64,000 nt of DNA from Puniceicoccales bacterium (GTDB taxonomy: Bacteria > Verrucomicrobiota > Verrucomicrobiia > Opitutales > JAIRLM01). Made by a program: the position numbers and the translations under genes. The notes beneath the pieces are model-generated. The model worked only from the letters and a program-made list of their open reading frames with translations, did no database searches and was not told where the DNA came from. Shown here piece by piece: positions 31,101 to 38,705 of this stretch. Position 1 is the stretch's first letter; each line of letters starts with the position of its first letter. The stretch lies in contig JAIRXB010000014.1 of assembly GCA_031268535.1 (NCBI GenBank), positions 8,108 to 72,107 of the forward strand. The letters run 5' to 3'.

Positions 31101-34100
31101 GTGCCGGTGAAGGCGGTTATTTCCCTGAAGAACCTAAGGGCGGCCGTTGAGCGCGTTTCCCTCATGACCGTTGGGGGCCTCACTTCATTGTCGATGAAGT
31201 TGCGCATGAGCTTAATCGCTTTGCCAGGGTTCGCCCTAAAGTACCTGCAGCAATTTACGAAGAGAAGATCCGGCTGTGTTTTGGCCATGTGCAGATATTT
31301 GGGCAGCATTGTGCGGCCGTCTTCTGCATCTGCATTTCCGCCAGAAAATGCTTCGGCGAATAATAGACCCGCTGGCGTTTTGTCGATGGACACGATTGAG
31401 CTATCTCTGGCCATTTGCAGCGCGGCACTGCGAAGCGTGCCATCAATGTACTTATTCCAAACGGCTCGCGGCATGCCGGCATTTGCCACAAACTGAAAGT
31501 GCAGCGGAATTGACGTGCCAAGGTGTGCAAATTGGGCATTAGTGGGAGTTCCCTCCTTGTAAACGCGCAGCGCAGCCCCGCTGCTTCCGTCGCCATAGGC
31601 GACGCCAGCCGTTTTTTCCAGGCAGCGCGGCAGCTCCGTTGACAGCAATCCGCGCACCAGCGCTAACTCTTTAAATAGCGGCACGAGACTGGTGCCTCCA
31701 GAAAGGGCGCGATCGAACACCCGGTCGAGGATGAGACTTCTTGCAGCCGCGGTACCGTCGTAAAGGCGCTGCGCAGCTTCGAAGAAGCCTGCTTCGTCCG
31801 CTGCGCCATTCAATTCAGCGGCGACGCCTTCATCCGAGGCGTAACTTGGCTTTGTGAGGTACCCTACAAGATCTTTAACGCAGAATTGCAGATTACAACC
31901 TTCCTTGCCAAATGCGAATTCAAATTGCAAATCACCTACATCGGCAGTTGGATTGCCATCAACATATCTTACGCCGCAGCCAATTGTGCTGAATGTTTGC
32001 GTGCTAAAAAGATAGGCAATTATGTGTCGCGCAACTGCTGGGGCGACATCGCTATCGTATTCGGACGCGCTCATTGCCGCCTGGCCATTAGTCGATAGCC
32101 GTGCGGCAGTCCTGGCCGCAGCCAGGCCGCTGGCTCCAGATGCCCAGGTTAGCGGCGGTTGTCTGGTGTCCTTTGCCCATTTGCTGTCATGGCCGCGGGT
32201 GTACTTTTGGAGGCTGACCTCCTGTTTGACTTGGGTGTCATCTTCTTCAACCAGTGCGTAATAGGTCTGCTCGACAACGTCGAAAATTCTGTCGTCGACG
32301 TGTTTGTCGGCGTTGCTTTGGTCCGTTGTGATTAGCGAGCGCATTGGGTCAAAGACCTTGTGGGCCTCGTCCACGAGGAGTCGGCTACGTTCCTTAAACG
32401 TAGACAAAATGCGCGACAAAAGGTGAAGTCTCTCCATCATGTCACTGGGTGAGCCGTCATCCATCGTCGATGACTGTAGCCCTTCCGCGCCAGTAAAAAC
32501 TTGCTCCGAGAGAATGGTGGTCTCCATAACCATTCGGTTCATCATGCAGTCATCGATGACAATAACCTTGCCGCCATCGGCGCCGGCCACCCTAATTTCT
32601 TCCCAAATTCTCCTTAATGCGTCAATGTCTTTGGTGAATGTTGAAAGCCAGTCGGCTTTGGTGGTGCTGCCGGCGACAGCCCCAAGGTAGACCACTGACA
32701 TAGACTGTCCGAAAGTTCCCATTAGGTCTGCCGCCATTGAGGCGGCCATGCTCGAAGGCGCTATGCAGACAGGTATATAGCCTTGAGCGTCAAACACCAT
32801 GCAGCCGATTGGCATCATGACTTTTGTTTTGCCACCACCCATAACCGTTGGCACGATACTTCCTTCTGCGGCGCCGCCGAGCCTAGCTCTTTCAGTAGAG
32901 CTAGTGACGCTGGTGATGGAGTTTACGAATCGCAGCAATTGCTCTCGCCGCAAAACGATGCCCTCCATGGCCTCCCAGGCCAGCGCAACGATATGGAGTG
33001 TCGCTTGGCCGGGATCCCAGAATTCGGCTTCATCGGCTTCCTCGATTGGCGGTTTTGCGCCGCTTGCCGCGGTCTTCAAAAAGTTATATCTGCACAGAAG
33101 GCTCGCATATTTTACCGTCAGATCGAAAATCGTTTCAGCATCGGGGGGGTTGGTGAGTTCCGAATTAAGAGCGCGCAGTCGAGTCATGAAGCGCGCTACG
33201 TTGCATTTGTCTGCGTCATCTTTTTTCTGCCCAACCAGAAGGAGCAACGGTACGGCGTCGCTCGCCTTGAGGCCTCTGTTAGCTATTCTGCCGTTAAGCG
33301 CTTTTTCGAGTCCATCCTTTGCTTGAGTGAGGTCTCTAGTTGTCTGATGCAAATGCGCCTTCGCAAGTGCTGCTGAGTTTGCGTTTCGCAGCACATCCAG
33401 CTGAAATTGTCTGTGAACCTTCAGCATTGCGCCGATATCTTGCGCTCTTCTTCCGATGGAAGAGGTTACTGATGCAGGTTCCTGCACAGGTTCTTCGGCT
33501 TTGGCAATTTTGACGGCGGATGTGGCAACTGAAGTCAGCGCAGTCTTCCATCTGGCGGCGGCGGCTTTCATGGATTTGTCGCTCTCCTTTTGGAGCCAGG
33601 CTTTAGTTTTGATCGGAATGGCGTCAGTGAAAAGTTGCATGTAGCGAGTCATTTCGCCGGCGGACAGAACTAGCCTATAGTCCCTATGGGGCCGTGCGGC
33701 ACCGGTACGCGCAGTCTCTTCAGACGTCGCATATTTCGCAAGATAGTTAAGCTCGCTGTTAAATTCTTCGCTGCCCATGGATGCTATATAGTCTGCGCCG
33801 CGGTCACAGTAGCTGCGGAGCTTACACAGCATGCGCAAGTGCGGCTTAGCGCCGCAGTCGGGCAGATTATCGATCGTGCTGATCAGTTCGCCATAGAGCT
33901 CCACTTCGATTTGCGAAAGCGCCGCGCCGGAGTTGGTGCGCGCCTTCCGTATCAGTTCAGCGGCGACGGTTTCTTTTGGTGGAATGTTGCGCAGGGCAAG
34001 CGTGGCCAACGCCAAGTAGCCTGCAGGATTTTCGCTGAAGTAGGTGTCGCCTATGGAGGAGTGGTCTCGCGGGCGGTAGGTTGTCTTGATGACGCTTCCG

Positions 34101-37100
34101 GCAAATTGCTTGCCGATTGGCGGACTCGTGTGCACAAACAGATCGTTTGTGCGCACAAGAAGCTCGTAGCGGCTGCCGTGCGAATCTATGTCCTCCAGCA
34201 CTATGCCTTTTGCGAAAGAAAAGAGCGGGTTTACCGCTTCGGCGACGCCGGTTGCCGGGTTGGTGCGCGCTATGAGTCTAGGGACTACGTGCAGTGACGC
34301 ATGGCGCGTCAGCATTAGCCTTTCAGTGCCGTTGTGCTGTGTCGATTCGAAGTGCAGCGGGGTTTCGTGGTCGTAGCGTAATCCGCTGATTTCGACGGTT
34401 GCAATGCTTTGCGTTTGACCTGACGCCACTAGGTCGGAAACGATATTACGGGCGGAGGCGTCTCTGTTCGCGCGTGTTGCAAAGTTCTCCGAATTGCTGT
34501 TGGTCGCCGTAGTAGTTCCCGTAACTAGGATTGCGTTTGGATCGCCGCCCGTAAATGAGCTGAAATATTCCAATCCAGAGGCTTCGGCCCCAGACGCCCC
34601 AATTGGGCGTGAATTCGCGTAGAGCACGCGCCTTTCATTTGCTCCCCTGCCCTTTCGCAGGTCAAAGATTGCTGCAGCCTCATTGCTGTGAGTTTGCAGT
34701 TCAAAGTCGATGGTTGGGCCTTTGCGGACAGATGCATCACGCCTTGCGAAAAAAACCTTATTCATATGAGCCGACATTATCGATTCGTCCGTTTTTGTCA
34801 CAAACCACATGTCGTATTCGTCGCCCATGAGTGCTTCGGGGACAATTCCGCCGAGGCCACATGCTATGGCTTCTTCGCGATTTCTGATCAACCTTGCCGC
34901 TTTCACGCCGGAGTTGTCAAAAAATAAGTTGCCGCTATTGCCGCACGTTTCGATGTCGATGCTCCACGGTTCGGTGCCGCGGTCAACGCTTACCGTAATG
35001 CCGTCGGATGAATAGCGATCACTCGGGAATCTTACCGCTTGGCCGACGTTCCCGAGGGGCGCAGATTCCCGTCCGAATCGCTCGTAGTAGGCGGCGTCTC
35101 CACCCTTCAGAACCCCAAAGCCGGCCGTCATAAGTTGGTTGCCGCTAAGGAATAATCCAGTTGGCCCAAAGCCTCCGATGTCTTTGAAGCACCTGCGCAG
35201 TCCTCCGCGACTAGGATCGGTTGCGCTGTCAGCCTTTTTTGCGAAGTGTGGGGTATCCCATGGAGATGCTTCCGGGTGGTCCTCCATTTGCGCCTCTCCG
35301 CCTGGGGACGTGTTACTCACAAAGCAGTATCCTCTGCAAACTGCAGTCGCCTTGGTGGCACCTAAATAATCGGCAGTGCCGGCTTCTGACCAGAACAGCT
35401 GCGGATAGCCGGGGTACCTTTGCGGCATTGCGTTTTTTGCGGCAATTGCCATGACGGCTCCAATGGAGGCTCTCGGTTGGCATGATTTACAACATGACGC
35501 AGTCATCTGCATGAGTTTTTCGCCCATGTTAGCCAGCGCAATGGACATTGATGGGCTGACGCGGCGTGGATCTTGCATTCCAAGATAGAAAATGGAAATG
35601 AAAGCATGCTCAAGGGTGCTGACCCAGTAGCCGCCGGTAGTACCGCCTGTGCAACTCCCACATTGGCGAGAGCCCATATCGTGGCCGCTGAAAACTTCCG
35701 GATCAATTACATCTCCTCCCGAATACGTGCAAGGGCAATAAGTTCCATCGCTGTCGCGCATGAAACAAGTATGGTTAAAGCGATAGCCATTACCAAGCGT
35801 GCAACTTTCGCATTTGGCTGCAGCCAACATTATTTTGGGAATTTCGACCGATAGAACTTGGAGCTGCATGCGATACATCGCCAATTGCTGATCAAATGTC
35901 ATCCTAAAGGTTTGGTGCATTGCCTGTGTCGTTCCTGAATCGCTATTGGTGGGCTTCGAGTAAGGTCTGAAGACAATTGTGCTGTCGTCGTGAGTGCCAA
36001 GAATGCCCTGTGACAACATCCTTGGTTCGCCGCTAAAATCTACGTTGGAGCGAAACTTTATGACGTGTCTCCTTCGCATTAGAAAGCTTGTGTTGCACCC
36101 GAGTTCTGCGAGGACTTTCGCAACTTTAACGTTCCAATCCCGATCGTCATAATTGAGCTCCGTTCCGGATTCTTTCGAAGTATAATATACTAGCCCAGGG
36201 AGATTATCTAGGTATGGCGCCTCTATGATGCTGAGCAATTCCGATAGATTGGCCAGCGCCTCATAGTCCGGGCCGCTTTCGCGAATTCTGGGTGGTTTGA
36301 GGTTGCCTTGGAGGATTCCATCAAAAGAAACATCTTGGTATTCGAAGCCAAACTCCCTACATCCGGCGTTCCATAGGCATCTCACAGCCGCCGACATGCC
36401 CTCTAGGTTGTTGTCCCATTCTTCCTTCAGTTTGTTCTTTGCGACCTTTCCGTCGGCGCCAATAATGGTTTCTGAAACTTTCGCTATCGCGGCGTTGAAT
36501 TTGGACGATGTTCGACCTTCGGAATTGAGTGCAAATGCCGACAAATCTTTTTGCATGTCCTGCATTATGCTTATTGCCCCGAGTGTGCGCTTTTGGAAGT
36601 AGCGTGACGGTGGCGAGCAGTTGCTTTCGGCGTAGGATGTTATAAATGGCGTAGGGTATGGGACAGCTCCATTGAAGCGCATCTCCGGAAGCCGCACTAT
36701 CCAGTCGTCGCTGCTGCTCGAAGCAAGGTCAACAAATGTTGCCGATGAAACTGACGGCGACAAAATGGATAGCCGAACAAGTGCTTTGTCGAGTTCGTTA
36801 CTGTTGTCGAAGGAGGTGGACGTATGCAACGGCACAAGGCCTGAGGCTATTATTTCAGCCAACCATTGTGTTTTTTCCGCTTCGCTCCAAGTTGCGGACG
36901 GTATGCCGACGCGCATTTTTCTCGCCAAAGTCGGTTTGGACGCGAACACTTCTAGAATATGTCCGTGCGCTCTCAACATCAATCCGTCGAGCGTCACACC
37001 TCTACCTCTTCCTGCCGGTGGGAGTGTGATTGACGCCTTTCCATTCCTGCTGCGGGTTATTGCGAATCCTGATGCAGCAGTGGTAGCGGTTTTTTCCTCG

Positions 37101-38500
37101 CATGCATTAACTTGATCTGTTAGCTTCTCAACTAGTTTTGTGAATTGAATATCGGAGACGCCCAAATTTCTGCCCGGGCCGAGATGGGCCCGATAGTCTG
37201 AGAAGTCCGGAACAAAATCATCGAAGATGTTTGCGGCCAGCAATTGAAATTTCGTTTTAAACACAGCCGCCTCCTGGGCCGACAGATATTGCTCGACGTA
37301 GCGAAATCCGAAAGATAGGGCCGGCAGTTTGGCTCGCAGAGTATTCATTTTGGAGACTGCTCTTCCACCTGCGTCTATAACTGTGTCAAATTTATTGTAC
37401 GGATCATAGTGTGTGTCAATGGCTTCGGAACAGCCGAAAAGAGCCTGCTTTAGGTATCGCACAAATTCCATTTGCCGTTCTTCTAGCGTAGATTCGTTGG
37501 CGCTGGCCAATTCGTCGCTGCAAAAGTCTGCCAGCACCTCAATCGCTCTTGCGGCATTGGTTTCATCGCCATCAAGCGTGGACCAGAATGGGGGGTCTTT
37601 AGGCTTTAAAACCAAACGGCTGAATTCCCATCCGTTCCCTTGCCAATAATATTTGTGCTGGACGTAACCCGGCGCACAAACCTTGCGGCCGTCTGCTATG
37701 CTGGTGGCGCAGCTGAATGATGTGGCGTCTGCGATTGTTTTTTGTTCGGCCGCGTAGTAGGTCGCAAGTCTCTTGGCGAAAGCGCTTCCCGGCGCGCTTC
37801 CGAGCAGTGCGTTCGCCGCATTCATCACATTTCGGCACTTCGGCGAATCCAAATGTTGGCCCATTCGCCATTTTAGCGCATCGATTTCGCGCAGCAGCAG
37901 TGAAATCGTGTCTCTTCCGACGCGATGATCCCACCCAAGCGTGTTGCAATCCGCAATATTCTTTTCTACGGCGACAGCCAATAGGTCTGTCCACGCCTGA
38001 TTTAGAGTCTGTTTGTGTTGCGCTTTAGTTGCTGTTCCGCCGCGTTGTGCGACGACAACGCCTGCGATAGCATCGAAAAGATCGCCGTCCAATGGGATCT
38101 TGGTGTAATTAAGTCTTACCAAGCAGGCACGATGGATGTGCGATGCGTTTGATAAATCATTTTTCAGCCACACCTCACAGTCTGCGCCGGTATGACGCAC
38201 CATAAGGAAATAGTCACTAATATAAGAATGATCACCCGCGCCGAGGTTAAGATGGTCTAATCTCTCAACATTGCTTACCATGGCGAGCAGTTTGCCAACT
38301 ATTGCGACCGGGTCTTTTGCGTCTGTAGACGGCGGCAGCCGCCGATGCAATTCTTCAATTTCGCCAATCAAACTTTCGACTCCAGACGGACGCGCGCCTA
38401 CTGCGCCGCCGGCATTGACGGCCCTCGAAAGTTCTCCGAGGACGTTTGGCAGCGCGTTCGGATTGGCCAAATAATCTTGCGGCTTGGCGCCGATGTTCAT
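22151..38500 (-). CDS. Giant multidomain protein (5449 aa) of unknown function, with a P-loop NTPase-like module (GGGKT Walker A ... VIVIDD ... LLVDEAH), a Cys-rich module and a C-terminal repeat array
   Basis: Single uninterrupted 16.35-kb ORF in the track. There is no N-terminal signal peptide or transmembrane segment (MNIGAKPQDYLANPNALPN...). Motifs visible are IVPTVMGGGKTKVMMPIGCMVF, GKVIVIDDCMMN and ERSRLLVDEAHKVFD. The Cys cluster is CESCTLGNGYRFNHTCF...CPCTYSGG...CGSCTGG...CCKSCQP. C-terminal repeats of about 110-130 aa show KLAAAVRCCDGTQLNEF, FIAAIHMAQCLK and KMFGEIG. Confidence 0.9.
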   Translation of the reverse strand: MNIGAKPQDYLANPNALPNVLGELSRAVNAGGAVGARPSGVESLIGEIEELHRRLPPSTDAKDPVAIVGKLLAMVSNVERLDHLNLGAGDHSYISDYFLMVRHTGADCEVWLKNDLSNASHIHRACLVRLNYTKIPLDGDLFDAIAGVVVAQRGGTATKAQHKQTLNQAWTDLLAVAVEKNIADCNTLGWDHRVGRDTISLLLREIDALKWRMGQHLDSPKCRNVMNAANALLGSAPGSAFAKRLATYYAAEQKTIADATSFSCATSIADGRKVCAPGYVQHKYYWQGNGWEFSRLVLKPKDPPFWSTLDGDETNAARAIEVLADFCSDELASANESTLEERQMEFVRYLKQALFGCSEAIDTHYDPYNKFDTVIDAGGRAVSKMNTLRAKLPALSFGFRYVEQYLSAQEAAVFKTKFQLLAANIFDDFVPDFSDYRAHLGPGRNLGVSDIQFTKLVEKLTDQVNACEEKTATTAASGFAITRSRNGKASITLPPAGRGRGVTLDGLMLRAHGHILEVFASKPTLARKMRVGIPSATWSEAEKTQWLAEIIASGLVPLHTSTSFDNSNELDKALVRLSILSPSVSSATFVDLASSSSDDWIVRLPEMRFNGAVPYPTPFITSYAESNCSPPSRYFQKRTLGAISIMQDMQKDLSAFALNSEGRTSSKFNAAIAKVSETIIGADGKVAKNKLKEEWDNNLEGMSAAVRCLWNAGCREFGFEYQDVSFDGILQGNLKPPRIRESGPDYEALANLSELLSIIEAPYLDNLPGLVYYTSKESGTELNYDDRDWNVKVAKVLAELGCNTSFLMRRRHVIKFRSNVDFSGEPRMLSQGILGTHDDSTIVFRPYSKPTNSDSGTTQAMHQTFRMTFDQQLAMYRMQLQVLSVEIPKIMLAAAKCESCTLGNGYRFNHTCFMRDSDGTYCPCTYSGGDVIDPEVFSGHDMGSRQCGSCTGGTTGGYWVSTLEHAFISIFYLGMQDPRRVSPSMSIALANMGEKLMQMTASCCKSCQPRASIGAVMAIAAKNAMPQRYPGYPQLFWSEAGTADYLGATKATAVCRGYCFVSNTSPGGEAQMEDHPEASPWDTPHFAKKADSATDPSRGGLRRCFKDIGGFGPTGLFLSGNQLMTAGFGVLKGGDAAYYERFGRESAPLGNVGQAVRFPSDRYSSDGITVSVDRGTEPWSIDIETCGNSGNLFFDNSGVKAARLIRNREEAIACGLGGIVPEALMGDEYDMWFVTKTDESIMSAHMNKVFFARRDASVRKGPTIDFELQTHSNEAAAIFDLRKGRGANERRVLYANSRPIGASGAEASGLEYFSSFTGGDPNAILVTGTTTATNSNSENFATRANRDASARNIVSDLVASGQTQSIATVEISGLRYDHETPLHFESTQHNGTERLMLTRHASLHVVPRLIARTNPATGVAEAVNPLFSFAKGIVLEDIDSHGSRYELLVRTNDLFVHTSPPIGKQFAGSVIKTTYRPRDHSSIGDTYFSENPAGYLALATLALRNIPPKETVAAELIRKARTNSGAALSQIEVELYGELISTIDNLPDCGAKPHLRMLCKLRSYCDRGADYIASMGSEEFNSELNYLAKYATSEETARTGAARPHRDYRLVLSAGEMTRYMQLFTDAIPIKTKAWLQKESDKSMKAAAARWKTALTSVATSAVKIAKAEEPVQEPASVTSSIGRRAQDIGAMLKVHRQFQLDVLRNANSAALAKAHLHQTTRDLTQAKDGLEKALNGRIANRGLKASDAVPLLLLVGQKKDDADKCNVARFMTRLRALNSELTNPPDAETIFDLTVKYASLLCRYNFLKTAASGAKPPIEEADEAEFWDPGQATLHIVALAWEAMEGIVLRREQLLRFVNSITSVTSSTERARLGGAAEGSIVPTVMGGGKTKVMMPIGCMVFDAQGYIPVCIAPSSMAASMAADLMGTFGQSMSVVYLGAVAGSTTKADWLSTFTKDIDALRRIWEEIRVAGADGGKVIVIDDCMMNRMVMETTILSEQVFTGAEGLQSSTMDDGSPSDMMERLHLLSRILSTFKERSRLLVDEAHKVFDPMRSLITTDQSNADKHVDDRIFDVVEQTYYALVEEDDTQVKQEVSLQKYTRGHDSKWAKDTRQPPLTWASGASGLAAARTAARLSTNGQAAMSASEYDSDVAPAVARHIIAYLFSTQTFSTIGCGVRYVDGNPTADVGDLQFEFAFGKEGCNLQFCVKDLVGYLTKPSYASDEGVAAELNGAADEAGFFEAAQRLYDGTAAARSLILDRVFDRALSGGTSLVPLFKELALVRGLLSTELPRCLEKTAGVAYGDGSSGAALRVYKEGTPTNAQFAHLGTSIPLHFQFVANAGMPRAVWNKYIDGTLRSAALQMARDSSIVSIDKTPAGLLFAEAFSGGNADAEDGRTMLPKYLHMAKTQPDLLFVNCCRYFRANPGKAIKLMRNFIDNEVRPPTVMRETRSTAALRFFREITAFTGTPGVAHKWPQQFSRKFPDIPKHIHDLRSISRGESDVTGSGGKQIGKKLLAIRCVDCQHDIGAFLDSVTNARPNQTHVSNRDAIDRICAICDPGGVFYQMAANNARIAGNLEPDPGYWAARYTQEWFSNNGRQVSVAYEDRDGNRRMLTPGATDGIVFEGSGMAVLERFGIKPSNTIWATSQAMCTGLDVPMPHKGILVNIPHLAGTTEDIFFQTAMRARALMAPTDAPLSQYTIVAMPDTLLQRAVWSGRNERGIPDSVLSRYSAASSQSARYSIMDEEFANGEVLLATLQHNDVEVAKKQTMMAALSEIGRCVGNWVVGKTVDAFARCSGASGEQVSSAMESLRPVVCALSKFLSNSNDFIPEQVYLGSKVEISLTDAALATASSMRAQVLAALREAQQNETPLGLEVMEFFDRECRGLLDICASAEGVKIGTDPDGHPMKVNCEDGDIQKEPLGQIVISSKQSSSGAEEAAENNTVEVEVETEKEHQAQAEEQQEYNECNAMSPGRKLPLCNYWSTCDSGVRAYTVFENKYTNPTRGHGGRTQLAIFGGAKNCPQTMVQSSLPAAQFMRKSAGEIPWKADGLACADRYLTYENIFGPNVRVSINFGASFANAIPIVHDSQPKPRYAFIYKNQTGDDFTIVLATEEEAAALVAAIKADANKIAGLAIVDASTGSCIERSRGFDPYIKGDIKRYDAAVSHLRLLRAMMDGDANAVTSQRSAFAALVESCGGDLPTLNRFLRICIYAIPESRLDNSMVVVGQKSPQLRLSALRTIESDILLQVGIDISRDLIEDAKSIHIPIGSLERIRPGEVPVKDIAKLSALQLDKFLAADRTRHAYSSYLVYQILLCATLSGSTDTTRRLLGQSDQAGAQYILESVRSVASTKSKIDTGDSQLFRLALMGGEYGDAYYESAAAESNDLGKRCGLFNTYSPSAFCALGFGEQALSQIFATTDGVSLLEAEQVKKVSKLNPLFERLISIGSVELLAKMSGRQLCESKASARLRARPGESDGESMLDEVAAKLLECDANGVPNQESEAALVDILSFCVPNSPWIAAIAKSVSSERLQRISNNQLIRHMFRFPEFIAAFKGAPDVVGRLTDEFTPLLTESDVERLKWATVEAFPVELRRLLCPWQIIRIHETTGTALSEILLPGRLQDFDELIDLEKSCKDGGRIEQGFVKLLMAIVRGDGAPAITVDDITDKQIELLMRHSLAVDVRKCDVDCDDVIPQPRMPSEAVDGGGEKVAAKPAEFIADGSPLHVMLSTRLSKERIARISSDECVSTVYALLANAKNNAAIGQKQAAILSRDMVRKSPGKAEMAQALDEIGSATLSNAVIARIKSRSSALSACLRGAEGVVSEKDGESFLAEHLAANLAFVIAIDDKFGDSADIACVAVLANMHKTFGYGPDTDKFSDSGFSTSKLWQAVWDAALTQVAHAYAANAKGTSFTGALNAAKTAKTSGTPSAAGWLACMESDAAFVLTYADFLLLSQRMPRALARLRERDIESISKSLKGADVAQIIRLGSCDAISALNETHLRGFMLTAGAQNLIQKIDLETLAQIKPEASILEEIVRHGSTQQVASMTVSQLLSVGIGAWRDRNVERKDEECVTPIFEKLKAEIASLVERGRGAKQDCSELRTRMAVIARTIAGVGGNAKLQGLIDKLVAKGTNSKDLLTNLLADKDWHQLDTYGQLDAFRLFALMIPGKTLEKRRKAISDSIAAAKAKVGDIRPKGIIDNARVLLSSENSNVAKLFGVAKIVDDAAKPHVVRWIAAFDFDDQNSPVRKSMRDTGATTWPPELKLIEQVLLVELTECCVGNLENDVFAKALPTMTAVAKAIVGSLTAVDASNAKQATGAARLVIKRAVDEIESATHDSVYAIDQIQHLADTVCGNTASDANIARKSLLDASRGGKVDTTDRRKILAAAGTQWFNLSEKSLEVRSEIEKNTSPITDRFNDLVTDLVRKCKAESSLAIMECTFITPNHGDDVAMAAEIKKAYLDGAINLNGMLRANGRGRTGRNLGIGRHSQLAQLAGAEADGDEALRSVFYTVPSLAALTRIRDNARTLIDLDARGRGLTIGAESRTSGAFFAGAILHLRNDLVSTFASTRFPHTVPTDIFVEMANSQSTGAIAFPDVWNRDMLAKIKESDSVLYNDLVAMLLVCGNGAISNISKADVLEAMSTDFCKGQIVASTEAMIANLFAASAEKKSKKTKDMRDRMAGIAREINTSDSEANYAKIMLEAQLIRQQLGVLDQSAGEEHESSLQTQKLVAYATEADFLGNCGPYLIECVSEDQALTTALPVEEVNNTAKAASSGAGRDEQSCVAAETAVQLADAVIRNGAIDQLNRLDHTAWNEDVTEKLAQQLAVSFKRLTEAASGSERDAALAKLTRLEGNLSNTTNKLIISLMLRASTISGDPDVEKRLLKCLDAVAKRNILSQSRFINNYDGPVLQASVARFFEHFAKQIPYHIILLMGPLMNGSQWMHVPGAWFKTVAEDEDAKSMLKLLPVAAFGSTLPNATTEDIKHRAAAIVAYGEKKVLEGLSETSPVTLYICDPQNHLLTKNYGNLENLSNPQSIIAAILVGGDVELQKSQSMDAIRKGFESEQQNSGSSPIVKSIPVANPQFFIAVARNFKDASGEHEKAEALKKRSPNSKSAILSCSRKQTEMANAKFVFLHCIAAVLKNCAPADILARIKDNLVGEQLETLMASEDSLELLRASLSTNSHQEEITVAQIQACASTPFARLLGCDAVITIGGAVDPDKLAAAVRCCDGTQLNEFAASHGGDLLGLAKEGKLAIASDFFDKKHDRTLKSEVAFIAAIHMAQCLKTAIADQNAAKNRTALFKSIRSEALKDFSGTLAANHTKNDRLKMFGEIGVADTLVIFNVKSIADLKTLDSTLLPAAAAAIGVAYQTESQIGGGSQQQLLELANTYEGIRKTNKAIPPFTEGKLACLMIAKRDPDHIQACAAAAPAPTTGFASRRRAKQSTGTPA

Positions 38501-38705
38501 GGGGCCAAATGTATGCCATTAATTTCGCAACAAGTCAAGAAACCGGATGCAGGAATATGGATTTTTGTTTGGCGGTCCGGCGCTAAATATTTGGCTCCCA
38601 TTGAAAAATTGCTCCGCCAAAGCTTGATGTTTCAAACACCGACTCCATTCCGTCGTTCGCCAAGCATTTGATATTAAATCATTTACGCCATTCCGGCTTC
38701 CACCA

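Noticed and set aside
22161-38474. Dozens of plus-strand ORFs of 60-200 aa inside the giant gene
   Set aside because: All lie antisense to, or out of frame with, one continuous 16.35-kb reading frame. None has a recognisable motif.
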